DNA of 64,000 nt from positions 62,001-126,000 of the forward strand of contig JACPAV010000005.1 of assembly GCA_016180645.1 (NCBI GenBank). The letters are read 5' to 3'. The notes beneath the pieces were generated by a model that saw only the letters and a program-made list of their open reading frames with translations, was not told the origin of the DNA and searched no databases. This stretch comes from Nitrospirota bacterium. Its GTDB lineage: Bacteria; JACPQY01. A program made the position numbers and the translations under genes. This document shows positions 1-9,678 of the stretch, in pieces. The number at the start of each line of letters is the position of its first letter. Position 1 is the stretch's first letter.

Positions 1-585
1 GAGGTCCATCAATTCATCCGATCCGTTTCCCAGCACGACCTCCTCGGCTTGGACTCGGAGCACTCGGGCGATGGCTCGCCGTGGGTCGGTCGCCCACTTG
101 TCGGGGTAAAGATGGAGCGATCGTAAGGCGCCGGCCGCCGCCCTGTGCACGGCCGGTGACGCCCCGTAGTTGTTCTCGTTACCCGAGAGCCGCACGAGGT
201 CCCCTCGCGGTTTGCCGCGCCGCTGGCCCGGCTGGTACTCCGGCAGCCCCCGTATCGCGTCGGCGACCCCGGACAGCCCACCGTTGTTTTCCATCGTCCT
301 GCCGGTGCCCACGCTCCGCTTCTGAAGATTCAGACAGGCCGTGATAATTTCGTGAAACACGTTTTGAAGACCCTCCGCCGGAAAACTTCCATCGCCCGCG
401 GAAAGCAGCCGCCGGAAGATTTCCTCCTCTCTCGATCCGGAATAGAGAGGACGCCCCTTGTGTTTCTTGACCTTGGCGACGGCCGCCGCCCAACGCGCCC
501 GCTCCTCCAGGAGGCGCAGGATTCGAAGGTCCACCTCGTCGATCCTGGATCGGAGGGCCTTCAGCGATCGGACCGTTCCGGGCAT
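1..585 (-). CDS. Chorismate mutase (AroQ/CM_2) fused to a histidinol-phosphate/aromatic aminotransferase (HisC family); 3' end lies outside the window
   Basis: Not in the ORF track. Manual translation from ATG 585: MPGTVRSLKALRSRIDEVDLRILRLLEERARWAAAVAKVK..REEEIFRRL..VFHEII (CM_2), continuing without a stop into YQPG..VRLSGNENNYGASP..YPD..VVLGNGSDELMDL (HisC motifs). Confidence 0.85.
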   Translation of the reverse strand, partial: MPGTVRSLKALRSRIDEVDLRILRLLEERARWAAAVAKVKKHKGRPLYSGSREEEIFRRLLSAGDGSFPAEGLQNVFHEIITACLNLQKRSVGTGRTMENNGGLSGVADAIRGLPEYQPGQRRGKPRGDLVRLSGNENNYGASPAVHRAAAGALRSLHLYPDKWATDPRRAIARVLRVQAEEVVLGNGSDELMDL

Positions 586-596
586 GACAGCCCCGC

Positions 597-1706
597 TCAC
601 GAGCCGGAAGCCCGCCGTTCGGCGCCAGGCACCGTCGACGACTCCCCCGCTCGTCTGCAACGAACGACGATCTCCCCTGCCAGGCGCTCGACCGGAGCCT
701 GCGCGTCGATGGCTCCGCTCTGGATCGCCTCCCTGGGCATTCCGAAGATGACGGCCGTTTCCTCGGACTCCGCAAGCGTCTGCCCGCCCAGCCGTCGAAT
801 TTCCATCACCCCATGTCGACCGTCATCCCCCATCCCCGTGAGAACCACCCCCACGGCTTCGGCTCCAAAGACCTCGGCCGCGGATTGGAAGAGGCGATCC
901 ACGGAGGGCACGTAGCGGTCCCCCGGCCCCGTCCGCTCCAGTTTCACGAAGGGCCGCTCTCTCGTTCCCGATACCCGCGCGTGGAAACCGCCGGGCGTGA
1001 TCAGCACCTGCCCCGCGCGGGGCAATACCAAATTCTCGGTCTCTCTCACTTCCAAGGTGCAGACCTTGTTCACGCGCTCCGCGAACGCCTTCGTGAACCC
1101 GGCCGGCATGTGCTGCGCCACGAGGACGGGTGCCGGAAGATCCCCCGGCAATCGGGACAGCACCGTTTGGAGGGCGGTGGGTCCGCCCGTGGAGGCGCCT
1201 ACCACCACGATTCGCCCTTCGCGGCGCGCGCCGGTGGACAACGGCGCGACCGCCTCGGCCGACCGCGGAACTTCCCTCCGAGTCAGTCGGCACACCTTGT
1301 CCATCGAGACCATCCTCGCACCGAGAATTTTCTTCACCAATTCGCTGTGTATGCCGTACAGATCGGGCGAAATCTGGTTCTGCGGCTTGGCTACGAAATC
1401 GATCGCGCCGAGTTCCATCGCCAGGAAGGTCGTCTGGCTGTCCGCCTTTCCGCTGACGACGATGACCGGCGTCGGTCGTCGATTCATGAGAATCCGCAGG
1501 AAGGTGAATCCATCCATCTTCGGCATCTCCAGATCCAGCGTTACCACGTCCGGCGATAAGTCGAGGGCCTTCTTGAGCCCCTCCTCCCCATCCCGCGCCG
1601 ACTCCACGACTTCGATCGACGGCTCGGATTCCAGCATTCTTCGCAGCACCCGGCGGTTGTAGGCGGAATCATCGATGATCAGGACTTTGACGCGAGCGCC
1701 GTCCAT
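597..1706 (-). CDS. cheB: Chemotaxis response regulator protein-glutamate methylesterase
   Basis: REC domain (VLIIDDS, DLEMPKMDG) plus GASTGGP, QHMP and LTGMGDDG motifs; start placed at MDGARVKV. Confidence 0.95.
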   Translation of the reverse strand: MDGARVKVLIIDDSAYNRRVLRRMLESEPSIEVVESARDGEEGLKKALDLSPDVVTLDLEMPKMDGFTFLRILMNRRPTPVIVVSGKADSQTTFLAMELGAIDFVAKPQNQISPDLYGIHSELVKKILGARMVSMDKVCRLTRREVPRSAEAVAPLSTGARREGRIVVVGASTGGPTALQTVLSRLPGDLPAPVLVAQHMPAGFTKAFAERVNKVCTLEVRETENLVLPRAGQVLITPGGFHARVSGTRERPFVKLERTGPGDRYVPSVDRLFQSAAEVFGAEAVGVVLTGMGDDGRHGVMEIRRLGGQTLAESEETAVIFGMPREAIQSGAIDAQAPVERLAGEIVVRCRRAGESSTVPGAERRASGS

Positions 1707-1786
1707 CAACCCAGTGCCCGTGGTCGGCCCGGAGGGTCGCCGGTCCAGCGGATCCTCCGATGGGTGTGGGGCCTCGGGGGACGGCA

Positions 1787-2638
1787 TCACAGCGGCTTCC
1801 GGTAGACCAGATCGTTCGTCAGCTGCACGAATTCGAATCCCGTGGACAGGTTCATCAAGGACTCCGCATGGCCCAACAAGAGGTAGCCTCCGGGAACGAG
1901 CTTGTCGAAGAACGTGTTGACGACTTTGCGCCGGGGCTCCAGATGAAAATACATGATCACATTCCGGCAGAAGATGACGTCCATTTGAGGAAGGAGCGAG
2001 ATGCGGTCGCAATCCAGAAGATTCACGTGGGCAAACTGTACGGATCCCCGCGCGCGGTCGATCAGCCGGTACCGCGCTTCCTTTCGCTCAAAGTATTTTT
2101 CTTTCAGGCTCGGCGCGATGGCGCGCATGGAGGACTCTCCGTACAATCCCGCGCGGCACACTTGGAGGGCGCGCTTGCTGATGTCGTTCGCCGTGATTTC
2201 CTTCTTCCACGTCTCAAGGCGGGTGTCCTCGCACAACAGGATCGCCACCGAATACGGCTCCTCCCCCGTGGCGCAGCCCGCGCTCCAGATGCGCATGGCG
2301 CGCTCGCGCCCCCTCTTCCGCTGGATGAGGTCCGGCACGATTTCCTCGGAAAACGCGCGGAGCTGGCTGGGTTCGCGGAAGAAATAGGTTTCCTTCGTCG
2401 TCACCGTTTCCACCAATTCCTGGAGCTCCTGTTCGCGCCGCTCGTCGTATTTCAGGAGGTAGTAGTAGTCGAGGAAGCTCTTGACTTTGAGGTGCTCCGC
2501 ATTCCGGCTGAGGCGCATCTCGACGATGGTCTTCGCGCCGTTCTCGAAGAAAATACCGCAATAGTCCCGGATGAAATCCCGGATGAGACCGAACTCCTGG
2601 TCGGTCATCCGGAGGGTGGGCAGCCCCGGGAAACTCAT
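1787..2638 (-). CDS. cheR: Chemotaxis protein methyltransferase
   Basis: TKETYFFRE, IWSAGCATGEEPYS, DVIFCRNV and GGYLLLGHAES motifs. Confidence 0.95.
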   Translation of the reverse strand: MSFPGLPTLRMTDQEFGLIRDFIRDYCGIFFENGAKTIVEMRLSRNAEHLKVKSFLDYYYLLKYDERREQELQELVETVTTKETYFFREPSQLRAFSEEIVPDLIQRKRGRERAMRIWSAGCATGEEPYSVAILLCEDTRLETWKKEITANDISKRALQVCRAGLYGESSMRAIAPSLKEKYFERKEARYRLIDRARGSVQFAHVNLLDCDRISLLPQMDVIFCRNVIMYFHLEPRRKVVNTFFDKLVPGGYLLLGHAESLMNLSTGFEFVQLTNDLVYRKPL

Positions 2639-4641
2639 GCCGATGCGCCGCGCCCGATCTGGGCGGCCACCCGCTGGATTTCGTAGCTCTTCTCATGGCG
2701 GGCCATTTCCTTCAGGAAATCCTTCCGCAAGACCCGGCCCGACCGGCCCACCCATCTCAACCAATCCAGTTTGGCTTCGTCCCGCAGTCCGCCCACACGA
2801 CTTCGAACATCCACGCACGTCGGATCGATCCCGTATCGCTCCAGGATGCGAACCGCTTCCAACTGAACGCGGGGTTCCGAGTGGGCCAGGACCGGGCCCA
2901 GGCAGCGCAGGGCGTTCTTTCGATTCTGCCTCGCGAGTACTTCAAAGGCGAAAATGACCACGGGCCCCATCGGATCGAGCAGGGCTTTCTCCATGAGGGC
3001 CGATCCCGGAGCCTTTACCGCAGCCCCCACCGTGACCAAGCCGCGCAATGCTTCCAGCCGGACCCAGCCGCTCTTGTCGTTCAGCATCCTGACCAGGGCC
3101 TCGGTGGCTCCCCGTCCGCCGGTTTCCGACAGGATCCTGCAAGCGAGCGAGCGATTTTCGACGTCATCATCGTTGAGGAAGGCCATCGCCTGTTCCCTGG
3201 CCTTCGGAGGAGAGAGGCGGGCCAGCGCCGCCAAGGCCTCCCGGCGAATGCCAGGCGACTCGTCCTTCAGCAGCATGACCAGCTTCGCCAGGTGCTTGCG
3301 AGTTCCGCAGTGGCCGAGGAGGCGCACCACATAGACGAGCGACGCCCGATCATCCCCGGAGAATCCCTTTTCCACGCCCTCCAGGACCTCTGCCTTGTGC
3401 GAACCGCAGAGCCGGACCAGGCCGTCCAAGATGCTTTCTTTGACCGACTCCTCCGATTCCGAGCACAGTTTCTCAAACAATCGCGCCACATCGTCTCGCC
3501 CAGCCAGGGCCCCGAGGGCCCTCGCTGATGCCGAACGGATCAAGGGATCCGGATCGTCCAGCCCCTTTTCCGCCAGCGGCCGGCTCTCCGCGACGCCGAA
3601 GGCGGCGAACAGGCGCAAACAGAAGGCCTGTTTCTCCGGCGAGACGGCGTGAAACGCCAGAACGAGGCTCCGGACGGCATCCGGGCCAAGCCCCCGGTAA
3701 ACTTCCTCCGCGACAACAGACCCCTGCTCGCTGGATACCAGTTGGAGGATGTGTTTTGCGAATTCCTTGAGCCCGAGCACGGCGGCCAGCCGGGCCGCAC
3801 CGAATTGAAGTGGGGGTTCTTCGGATTCCAGCCATCGAGAAAGCGCGAGAAATGCCGCGCCGGGGAGAGACGCTTTGGCGGCCTTTCCCAGACTCGGCCG
3901 CGTTCGGAGCATGCGATCCAGGGCCAGCAGCGCGGTTTGGCGAAGGGTTTCGTTCGGCGCGTCGAGGAGGCGGCATACTTTCCGCATGGCGGCTTCGCTC
4001 GTGTGAAGCCCAAGCAGACGAACGGCGGGCTTGGCCAGAAGCGGATCCGCCAGGAAACCATCGAGCCTGTTCAGGGGAAGATTCGATTCCTGATCCGCAA
4101 GCGCTTCGAGGACGGCCAATCGCACGAGCGGCCGCAAGTCCGCCTTTCGGACTTCCTGCTTGAGGATCGCCTGGGCACTGCGGCTCCTGATCTTCCCCAA
4201 GGCCTCGGCGGAGGCAAAACTGACGTTCTCGTCCGCATCCTTGAGAAGGTTCGCCAGGCCTTTCTCCGCTTCCCCACCCCCGATGTCTCCCAGGATATCC
4301 GCTGCAAATTTCCTCACGTCTTCATCGCTCTTGGCCGACGCCTTTACCAAGGCGCGCACGCTCGGCCTCCCGACGCGAACCAAGGCCTCCACGCAGGCGT
4401 TTCGGCATCCCGCGTTTTCCTGGGCATGCAGACCCTCGATCAGCCCTTCAACGTAGACCTCGGGGTGAATCGCATTCGTGATTTTTTCGACGGCCGCCTT
4501 CCGGACGCGCCAACTGGGGTCGCCCAAGGCGGCCAGAAACATCGACTTGTGCTTCTCCTCCGGGGGGAGAGACGTTACGGCCTGCCAGCGCTCTTCTTCG
4601 CCCCGATCCGCGGGGAATACGGTTTCACGTTCCATCGACAA
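2635..4641 (-). CDS. HEAT/PBS-lyase repeat protein associated with cheR/cheB
   Basis: Repeated L..D....VR..A..ALG units; ATGA overlap with cheR. Confidence 0.85.
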   Translation of the reverse strand: MSMERETVFPADRGEEERWQAVTSLPPEEKHKSMFLAALGDPSWRVRKAAVEKITNAIHPEVYVEGLIEGLHAQENAGCRNACVEALVRVGRPSVRALVKASAKSDEDVRKFAADILGDIGGGEAEKGLANLLKDADENVSFASAEALGKIRSRSAQAILKQEVRKADLRPLVRLAVLEALADQESNLPLNRLDGFLADPLLAKPAVRLLGLHTSEAAMRKVCRLLDAPNETLRQTALLALDRMLRTRPSLGKAAKASLPGAAFLALSRWLESEEPPLQFGAARLAAVLGLKEFAKHILQLVSSEQGSVVAEEVYRGLGPDAVRSLVLAFHAVSPEKQAFCLRLFAAFGVAESRPLAEKGLDDPDPLIRSASARALGALAGRDDVARLFEKLCSESEESVKESILDGLVRLCGSHKAEVLEGVEKGFSGDDRASLVYVVRLLGHCGTRKHLAKLVMLLKDESPGIRREALAALARLSPPKAREQAMAFLNDDDVENRSLACRILSETGGRGATEALVRMLNDKSGWVRLEALRGLVTVGAAVKAPGSALMEKALLDPMGPVVIFAFEVLARQNRKNALRCLGPVLAHSEPRVQLEAVRILERYGIDPTCVDVRSRVGGLRDEAKLDWLRWVGRSGRVLRKDFLKEMARHEKSYEIQRVAAQIGRGASA

Positions 4642-4666
4642 CGCCCTCGAACTTCAACACTTTATA

Positions 4667-5782
4667 TCATCCGAGCCTGTACTTGACCAACACGACCCCC
4701 GCGAGGAGGAGGGTCCCCAGCCACGACCGGTATTCGCGGTTCTCGCCCAGCGCCCGTTTCATCGAGAAACGTTCGTGACACGCCGGAGCGCGCCGCAGCG
4801 GCAGGAATCCGTACACGGCCTTCCGGTAATGCCGATACGCCTGGCCGAATGCGGAAGCCATCTGTCTTTCTTCCTCCGCCGCCGCAAGCCCGTATAGCAT
4901 CGCGAACATTACCGAGAAACACGGAATCACCCAAGTTCTCCCCGAGGCGATCGAGAGCCCCAGCCCCAGGAGGAAACTCCCGACATACAGCGGGTGCCGC
5001 ACCCAGCGGTAGGGGCCCGACGTGGTGAGCGCCGTCCGTTTGCGCAAGTATCCTCCGGCCCAGATCCGAATGGCGTGGCCCAAAAGCACCAAGACAACTG
5101 CCGCCGTCAAGTGCACTTTCTCGGGTTTCGCCGTGACGGCCACAAGCATGAGGAAAACATTTCCGATAGCCACCCGTTTCCGCACAAGAAACGAACTGAA
5201 GGACGCACCCGTAAAGGGTGCGGCTACCTTCCCAAGCGCGGACGACGCCAGCGGGTAGGCGCAGGCTTCAGCCTGCGTCCGAGGCGCGGCACCCATCTTC
5301 TCCTCCCCGGAGCCGAGGGTTTTCAGCAACGCGCTGCTGGAGTGATCTTTTGGATCGCCCACGATCGCCACGCGCGCGCCGATGGCCCGATCCGTTTCCC
5401 TCTCGGGCACGTTCTCCGCCGTGTAGTCCGTTCCCTTGGCATGCACCTGGGGTCTCAAACGCCGGAGAACCCCCTCCACGTTCGCGCCTGAAAACGGCAC
5501 GACGTGGTCCACGCACGCCAAAGCGGCTATCACTTCCATCCGCTCCGCCAACGGTTGCGCCGGTCTCCCCTCGCCTTTCATCGCGCGCACGGATGGATCG
5601 TCGTTGATCGCCACAACCAGGAGATCCCCTTCGCGCTTCGCGCCCTCGAGGTACCGGACGTGTCCGACGTGGATCAGATCGAAGACGCCGTTCGCAAGAA
5701 CGACGGTCTTGCCCTCTTGCCGAGTTTGCTCGCCCACACCTCCCAAATCCTCGATCCGAAGGATCTTCTCCGAGGTCATCAC
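4667..5782 (-). CDS. RfaE2/HldE-type cytidyltransferase-like domain fused to an isoprenylcysteine/phospholipid methyltransferase-like membrane domain; REP-derived linker
   Basis: NGVFDLIHVGHVRYL and KGTDY (RfaE domain II); GPYRWVRHPLYVG and EERQM (ICMT/PEMT); the linker at 5202-5280 is REP sequence. Confidence 0.8.
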   Translation of the reverse strand: MMTSEKILRIEDLGGVGEQTRQEGKTVVLANGVFDLIHVGHVRYLEGAKREGDLLVVAINDDPSVRAMKGEGRPAQPLAERMEVIAALACVDHVVPFSGANVEGVLRRLRPQVHAKGTDYTAENVPERETDRAIGARVAIVGDPKDHSSSALLKTLGSGEEKMGAAPRTQAEACAYPLASSALGKVAAPFTGASFSSFLVRKRVAIGNVFLMLVAVTAKPEKVHLTAAVVLVLLGHAIRIWAGGYLRKRTALTTSGPYRWVRHPLYVGSFLLGLGLSIASGRTWVIPCFSVMFAMLYGLAAAEEERQMASAFGQAYRHYRKAVYGFLPLRRAPACHERFSMKRALGENREYRSWLGTLLLAGVVLVKYRLG

Positions 5783-5787
5783 TGCTG

Positions 5788-5844
5788 GTAGGCGCGGGCT
5801 TTATGCCCGCGTTCGAAGAGCGCACCCGTAAAGGGTGCGGCTAC
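5788..5844. repeat. REP family A doublet
   Basis: gtaggcgcgggctttatgcccgcg ... cgcacccgtaaagggtgcggctac. Confidence 0.88.
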
Positions 5845-5924
5845 CCACGCGGAATATGCCATCTCCGACAGCCCATGGGCCGACCGCCCGCCGACGCGTC
5901 CACGCCGTCGACGAACGATCGTTC

Positions 5925-7010
5925 TCAGGCGTTCAGCGCCAGCTCGGGGCCGGACAAGTCGAATCGCGGGTGGCGCCTGCGACGGACTTTGGAGTCCACC
6001 AAACCGCTGATGAGGATCGGAAGGGCGATGGTTGAATCACAATACACCTGGATCTTGCGCGCTCCGCGGGTGATTTTTCCCCACGACTGCGCCTCTTCAA
6101 ACGTCGCGCCCGACAGTCCTCCCCATACCGGCGAATCCTGCGTGATCTGCACGGCGTATTCGTGCGCCGTGTCGCCAAAGCCGATCCACTGCGAGGTCAC
6201 TTGGGCCTGCTGGACGAAATTCTTCGCCACGCCCCCGCCCAGGATGAATATGCCCGTCCCGTGACTCTTGCCGCAGATGACGGCGGTCTCCACCACATCC
6301 GCTATGGTATCCACGCACAGTTTCAGGCCCAGTTTGGCCTGTCCGAAGCCCAGCGCGATTCCCAGCGACGAATCGGCGATCGCCGGACAGAAGACGGGCA
6401 CCTTGGCGCGATAAGCCGTCGACAAGATGCTCGGGCGTTTCTCCAACTTGGCCAGTCGCTCCCCCAGCAGGTAGAGGAACCGACGCGTCGAATAGCGCTG
6501 CGTGGGATCCAGCGATGACGCGAAATCGGCCACGATCTCATCCACGAAATGATACTCCCGCTCGTTCCCGAAGGTGTCATACACGCGGTCGACAAAATGG
6601 TCGCGCAGCACCATGTCGTCCACCTTGTCCGTTCCCTTCCAGTGCGTGCCGCCGAGGCTGTTGACGATATCGTGAAACAGGTTGGCCCCGGTGGAAACCA
6701 GACAGTCGATGTACCGGTTGCGGATCATGTGCATGATGATCTCGCCCATGCCCGCGGGCGTCATCGCGCCGGAAAGGGCCATCATGATCGTCACACGGTC
6801 CTGCACCATTTCCCGAAGGATGGCGAACGCGCGGGCCAGATTGCGCGCTTGGAACGAGACGTCCTCCATCCGCTCCAACACGTCGGCCACACCATCCGCC
6901 TTCGGCTCGAACGGGACGATGGGAGATCTGAACCACCGCTTGGGCCGTTTCGCCTTGTGGGAAAGGTCGTTATAAACCGTGTGGATCTCTTTGGCTTTTT
7001 TGACCGGCAT
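5925..7010 (-). CDS. Deoxyhypusine synthase-like protein (possible homospermidine synthase)
   Basis: LSGAMTPAG, STGANLFHD, PAIADSSLG, GGGVAKNF and GGLSGATFEEAQSWGK (catalytic Lys); TGATG overlap with pdaD. Confidence 0.9.
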   Translation of the reverse strand: MPVKKAKEIHTVYNDLSHKAKRPKRWFRSPIVPFEPKADGVADVLERMEDVSFQARNLARAFAILREMVQDRVTIMMALSGAMTPAGMGEIIMHMIRNRYIDCLVSTGANLFHDIVNSLGGTHWKGTDKVDDMVLRDHFVDRVYDTFGNEREYHFVDEIVADFASSLDPTQRYSTRRFLYLLGERLAKLEKRPSILSTAYRAKVPVFCPAIADSSLGIALGFGQAKLGLKLCVDTIADVVETAVICGKSHGTGIFILGGGVAKNFVQQAQVTSQWIGFGDTAHEYAVQITQDSPVWGGLSGATFEEAQSWGKITRGARKIQVYCDSTIALPILISGLVDSKVRRRRHPRFDLSGPELALNA

Positions 7011-7564
7011 CAATCCTCCCAATCGGCAAACACGGCGGCCGACAGAACCGTGGTCCACTGACCTTCCCGGCTTCCCACCGCCGATTGCGTGATGTTGTGT
7101 GTCCGGTAGACCTTGCCGCTGATCCGCCAGATTTCCTTGTTCTCATCCCAGCTTTTTTCCGGGTCGAAGCTCGCCCCGACGATCGTCGCCAGCATTCCCG
7201 CCGCCAGGTCTTCCGCGTAGTCTCCGGCCTTTTTCTCCGTCTCGCCGTAACTGTGATGCTCCGACAGGTATCCGTATTGGCGACGGTCCTTCGGCAGCGC
7301 GAGCCCGATCGAGGCCGCGATGAGCCGGTTCGGCTCGTTGCTGTAGGATTCCGCCAGCACCACGTGGACGATCTCCCCGGGTTCGAGCAACTTGACGCCC
7401 TCGTGCCGAGGAATCAGTTTGCATCCCGGCGGGTAGATGCTCGTCACGCGGACGAGATTGTACCGGGCAATATCCGCATCGCGGAGCGCCATCTCGAAGC
7501 TGGTCAATTTTTCCTTGTGACGACCAACGCCTTTGGTCAAAAACATTCGTGTGGGTATTGGCAT
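7010..7564 (-). CDS. pdaD: Pyruvoyl-dependent arginine decarboxylase
   Basis: SFEMALRDADIARYNLVRVTSIYPP (T-S cleavage site) and GYLSEHH. Confidence 0.9.
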   Translation of the reverse strand: MPIPTRMFLTKGVGRHKEKLTSFEMALRDADIARYNLVRVTSIYPPGCKLIPRHEGVKLLEPGEIVHVVLAESYSNEPNRLIAASIGLALPKDRRQYGYLSEHHSYGETEKKAGDYAEDLAAGMLATIVGASFDPEKSWDENKEIWRISGKVYRTHNITQSAVGSREGQWTTVLSAAVFADWED

Positions 7565-7577
7565 TCCATTCTCCCTT

Positions 7578-8624
7578 TTAGATTAGAGCGGGCACGCGTT
7601 CTTCGTGCGCCACCAGATGTTTTCTTCGCACCGCCCGTTCCACGAGCGGCAGGGTCCTGTCGAGCTTCGCCACGTGACACACCGGCGCGCCGGGATTCAC
7701 CAGCGGAAGCGTCGTCGCTCCGATGACCAGACCGGTCAGCGGGCTCCGGATCGTGCCGAATTCTCGGCCGAAAGGATTTGTGTTCAGCGCCATCTCTTCC
7801 CCTTCATATACCAGATCGCCCGGTTTCTTGTAGAGAATCAGTATCCCGCCCTTTTCCGCCCGGATCCATTCCGACTTCTTCACAATGATCCGAAAAGCCG
7901 GCGTCACCTTGGTGCCCGTGATCATGCCGAGTTCGATCATGACGTTTCGGATGCCCTCCACCCCCTGGCGTATGAGTCCGTCTTGAAATTTCTGGCTCTC
8001 CCCGGCCTCGTAGAGGAGGGTGGGAACACCCGCCGCCACCGCCGCCCGACGGATGGATCCTTCCGAGCCGCCCGCGTCGATGATGATTTCCTCTCCGAAC
8101 GCCTTGGCCAGACGCCGCACCCACGGGGCGTGCAGGTCGCCGCGCACATGCGGCAGGTTCGTACGGTCCGTGGCCGCCGTGTGCAGATCGATCCCGCAAT
8201 CGCAGTGACGGATGATGTCGTTAAAGATTCGGTGCGCGATCCGGTCCGCCATGTGACCCGACGGATTCCCCGGGAAGTATCGGTTCAAATCCCGACGGTC
8301 CGGCAGATATCGCGTTTGATTGAGAAATCCGAAGCGGTTCACCACCGGAATCAACACCAGGGTTCCCCGCAGGTCCGCGGGACGGGTCCGGCAAATCATC
8401 TGCCGCACCATTTCCACGCCGTTCAGTTCGTCCCCGTGGACCGCCGCCGTGACAAACAGTGTGGGGCCGGACGACTCTCCCGCGATCACCGTGACCGGGA
8501 TCGTCGCCGCCGTCGCCGTGTAGAATTCACTGACCTTGAGATTGATCTCGTAGGTTTCTCCCGGCTGAATCGTCGTGCCGGCGATCCTAAGCGGCTTTTT
8601 TTCTTTCCTTAGCCTTCTCAGCAT
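7578..8624 (-). CDS. Succinylglutamate desuccinylase/aspartoacylase family protein
   Basis: AAVHGDELNG, RDLNRYFPG, IDLHT and LYEAG motifs. Confidence 0.9.
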   Translation of the reverse strand: MLRRLRKEKKPLRIAGTTIQPGETYEINLKVSEFYTATAATIPVTVIAGESSGPTLFVTAAVHGDELNGVEMVRQMICRTRPADLRGTLVLIPVVNRFGFLNQTRYLPDRRDLNRYFPGNPSGHMADRIAHRIFNDIIRHCDCGIDLHTAATDRTNLPHVRGDLHAPWVRRLAKAFGEEIIIDAGGSEGSIRRAAVAAGVPTLLYEAGESQKFQDGLIRQGVEGIRNVMIELGMITGTKVTPAFRIIVKKSEWIRAEKGGILILYKKPGDLVYEGEEMALNTNPFGREFGTIRSPLTGLVIGATTLPLVNPGAPVCHVAKLDRTLPLVERAVRRKHLVAHEERVPALI

Positions 8625-9489
8625 ATTGCACCGTGTACTCGATGATTTTTCTGGCGACGTCCTGCCCCGTGGCCCGCTCCAGCCCCTCGAAGCCCGGTGA
8701 CGAATTCACCTCCATCACCTTGGGCCCCGACTTCGATTCAATGATATCGACGCCGGCAATGTTCAACGCCAGCGCCCGGGCCGCGGCCACGGCCAGATCC
8801 CGATAGCTTTGCGGAACATCCACCGCCTTCGCCTCACCGCCCTTGTGAATATTCGAGCGGAATTCGCCCGCCCGCGCAATCCGCCGGATGACTCCGATGA
8901 CTTCTCCGCCCACGACCAGCACGCGAAGATCCTCGCCCTTCGATTCCGGCACGTATTCCTGGATCAAAACCTCCCGACCCAGGTTCCATACGGTGTCCAG
9001 GAGGCCTTCGAGCGAGCCCCTTGAATCGGCCATCATCACGCCCACACCCTGGGCGCCCTGGATCAATTTCACGATCACCGGCGTCCCGCCCACGAGTCCG
9101 AGGATCTGATCCAGGTTCCGCGCGTCCCGGCACATGATCGTGCGAGGCACGGCCACACCGTTCATGGCCAGGATCTGGAGGCAGCGCAGTTTGTCACGCG
9201 ACGCGATGATCGATTGCGAGGAGTTCACCACCGGCAGGCCGATCAGTTCCAGTTGTGAAACCGTCGCCAATCCGTAATCCGTGATGGACGCGCCGATGCG
9301 CGGCAAAACCACGTCCGGCGTTTCCAGAGGCTTGTCCTTCACGTAGATCGCGCCCGCGTCCTTCGCCACGACCACCACGCACCGCAACGGATCCAGCACC
9401 ATGACATGGTGTCCCAGTTGAAGCGAGGCCTTGGTGAAGCGGCGCGTCGAGTACAGCGTTCCGCGGCGCGACAGGATCAGGATCTTCAT
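8587..9489 (-). CDS. rimK: RimK-family ATP-grasp alpha-L-glutamate ligase
   Basis: LYSTRR, PRIGASIT, RDKLRCLQ, GAQGVGV, EFRSNIHKGG and EVNSSPG. Confidence 0.92.
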   Translation of the reverse strand: MKILILSRRGTLYSTRRFTKASLQLGHHVMVLDPLRCVVVVAKDAGAIYVKDKPLETPDVVLPRIGASITDYGLATVSQLELIGLPVVNSSQSIIASRDKLRCLQILAMNGVAVPRTIMCRDARNLDQILGLVGGTPVIVKLIQGAQGVGVMMADSRGSLEGLLDTVWNLGREVLIQEYVPESKGEDLRVLVVGGEVIGVIRRIARAGEFRSNIHKGGEAKAVDVPQSYRDLAVAAARALALNIAGVDIIESKSGPKVMEVNSSPGFEGLERATGQDVARKIIEYTVQYAEKAKERKKAA

Positions 9490-9678
9490 CGGTCGGATGC
9501 CCGGGCCTCCCGAACAACCTTCCGATGCGATGGGGCTTCAACAAAACGACGGGTAGAGCAGTCGAGGTATTTCACGATTCCGACAAGCGCAAGAGAATTC
9601 ACATCGATTGAATATCGTCTGCCCATCTCTTTGTCAAGACTCAGTGAAATAAAACACGTTTTTTCATACAATGCGCGC

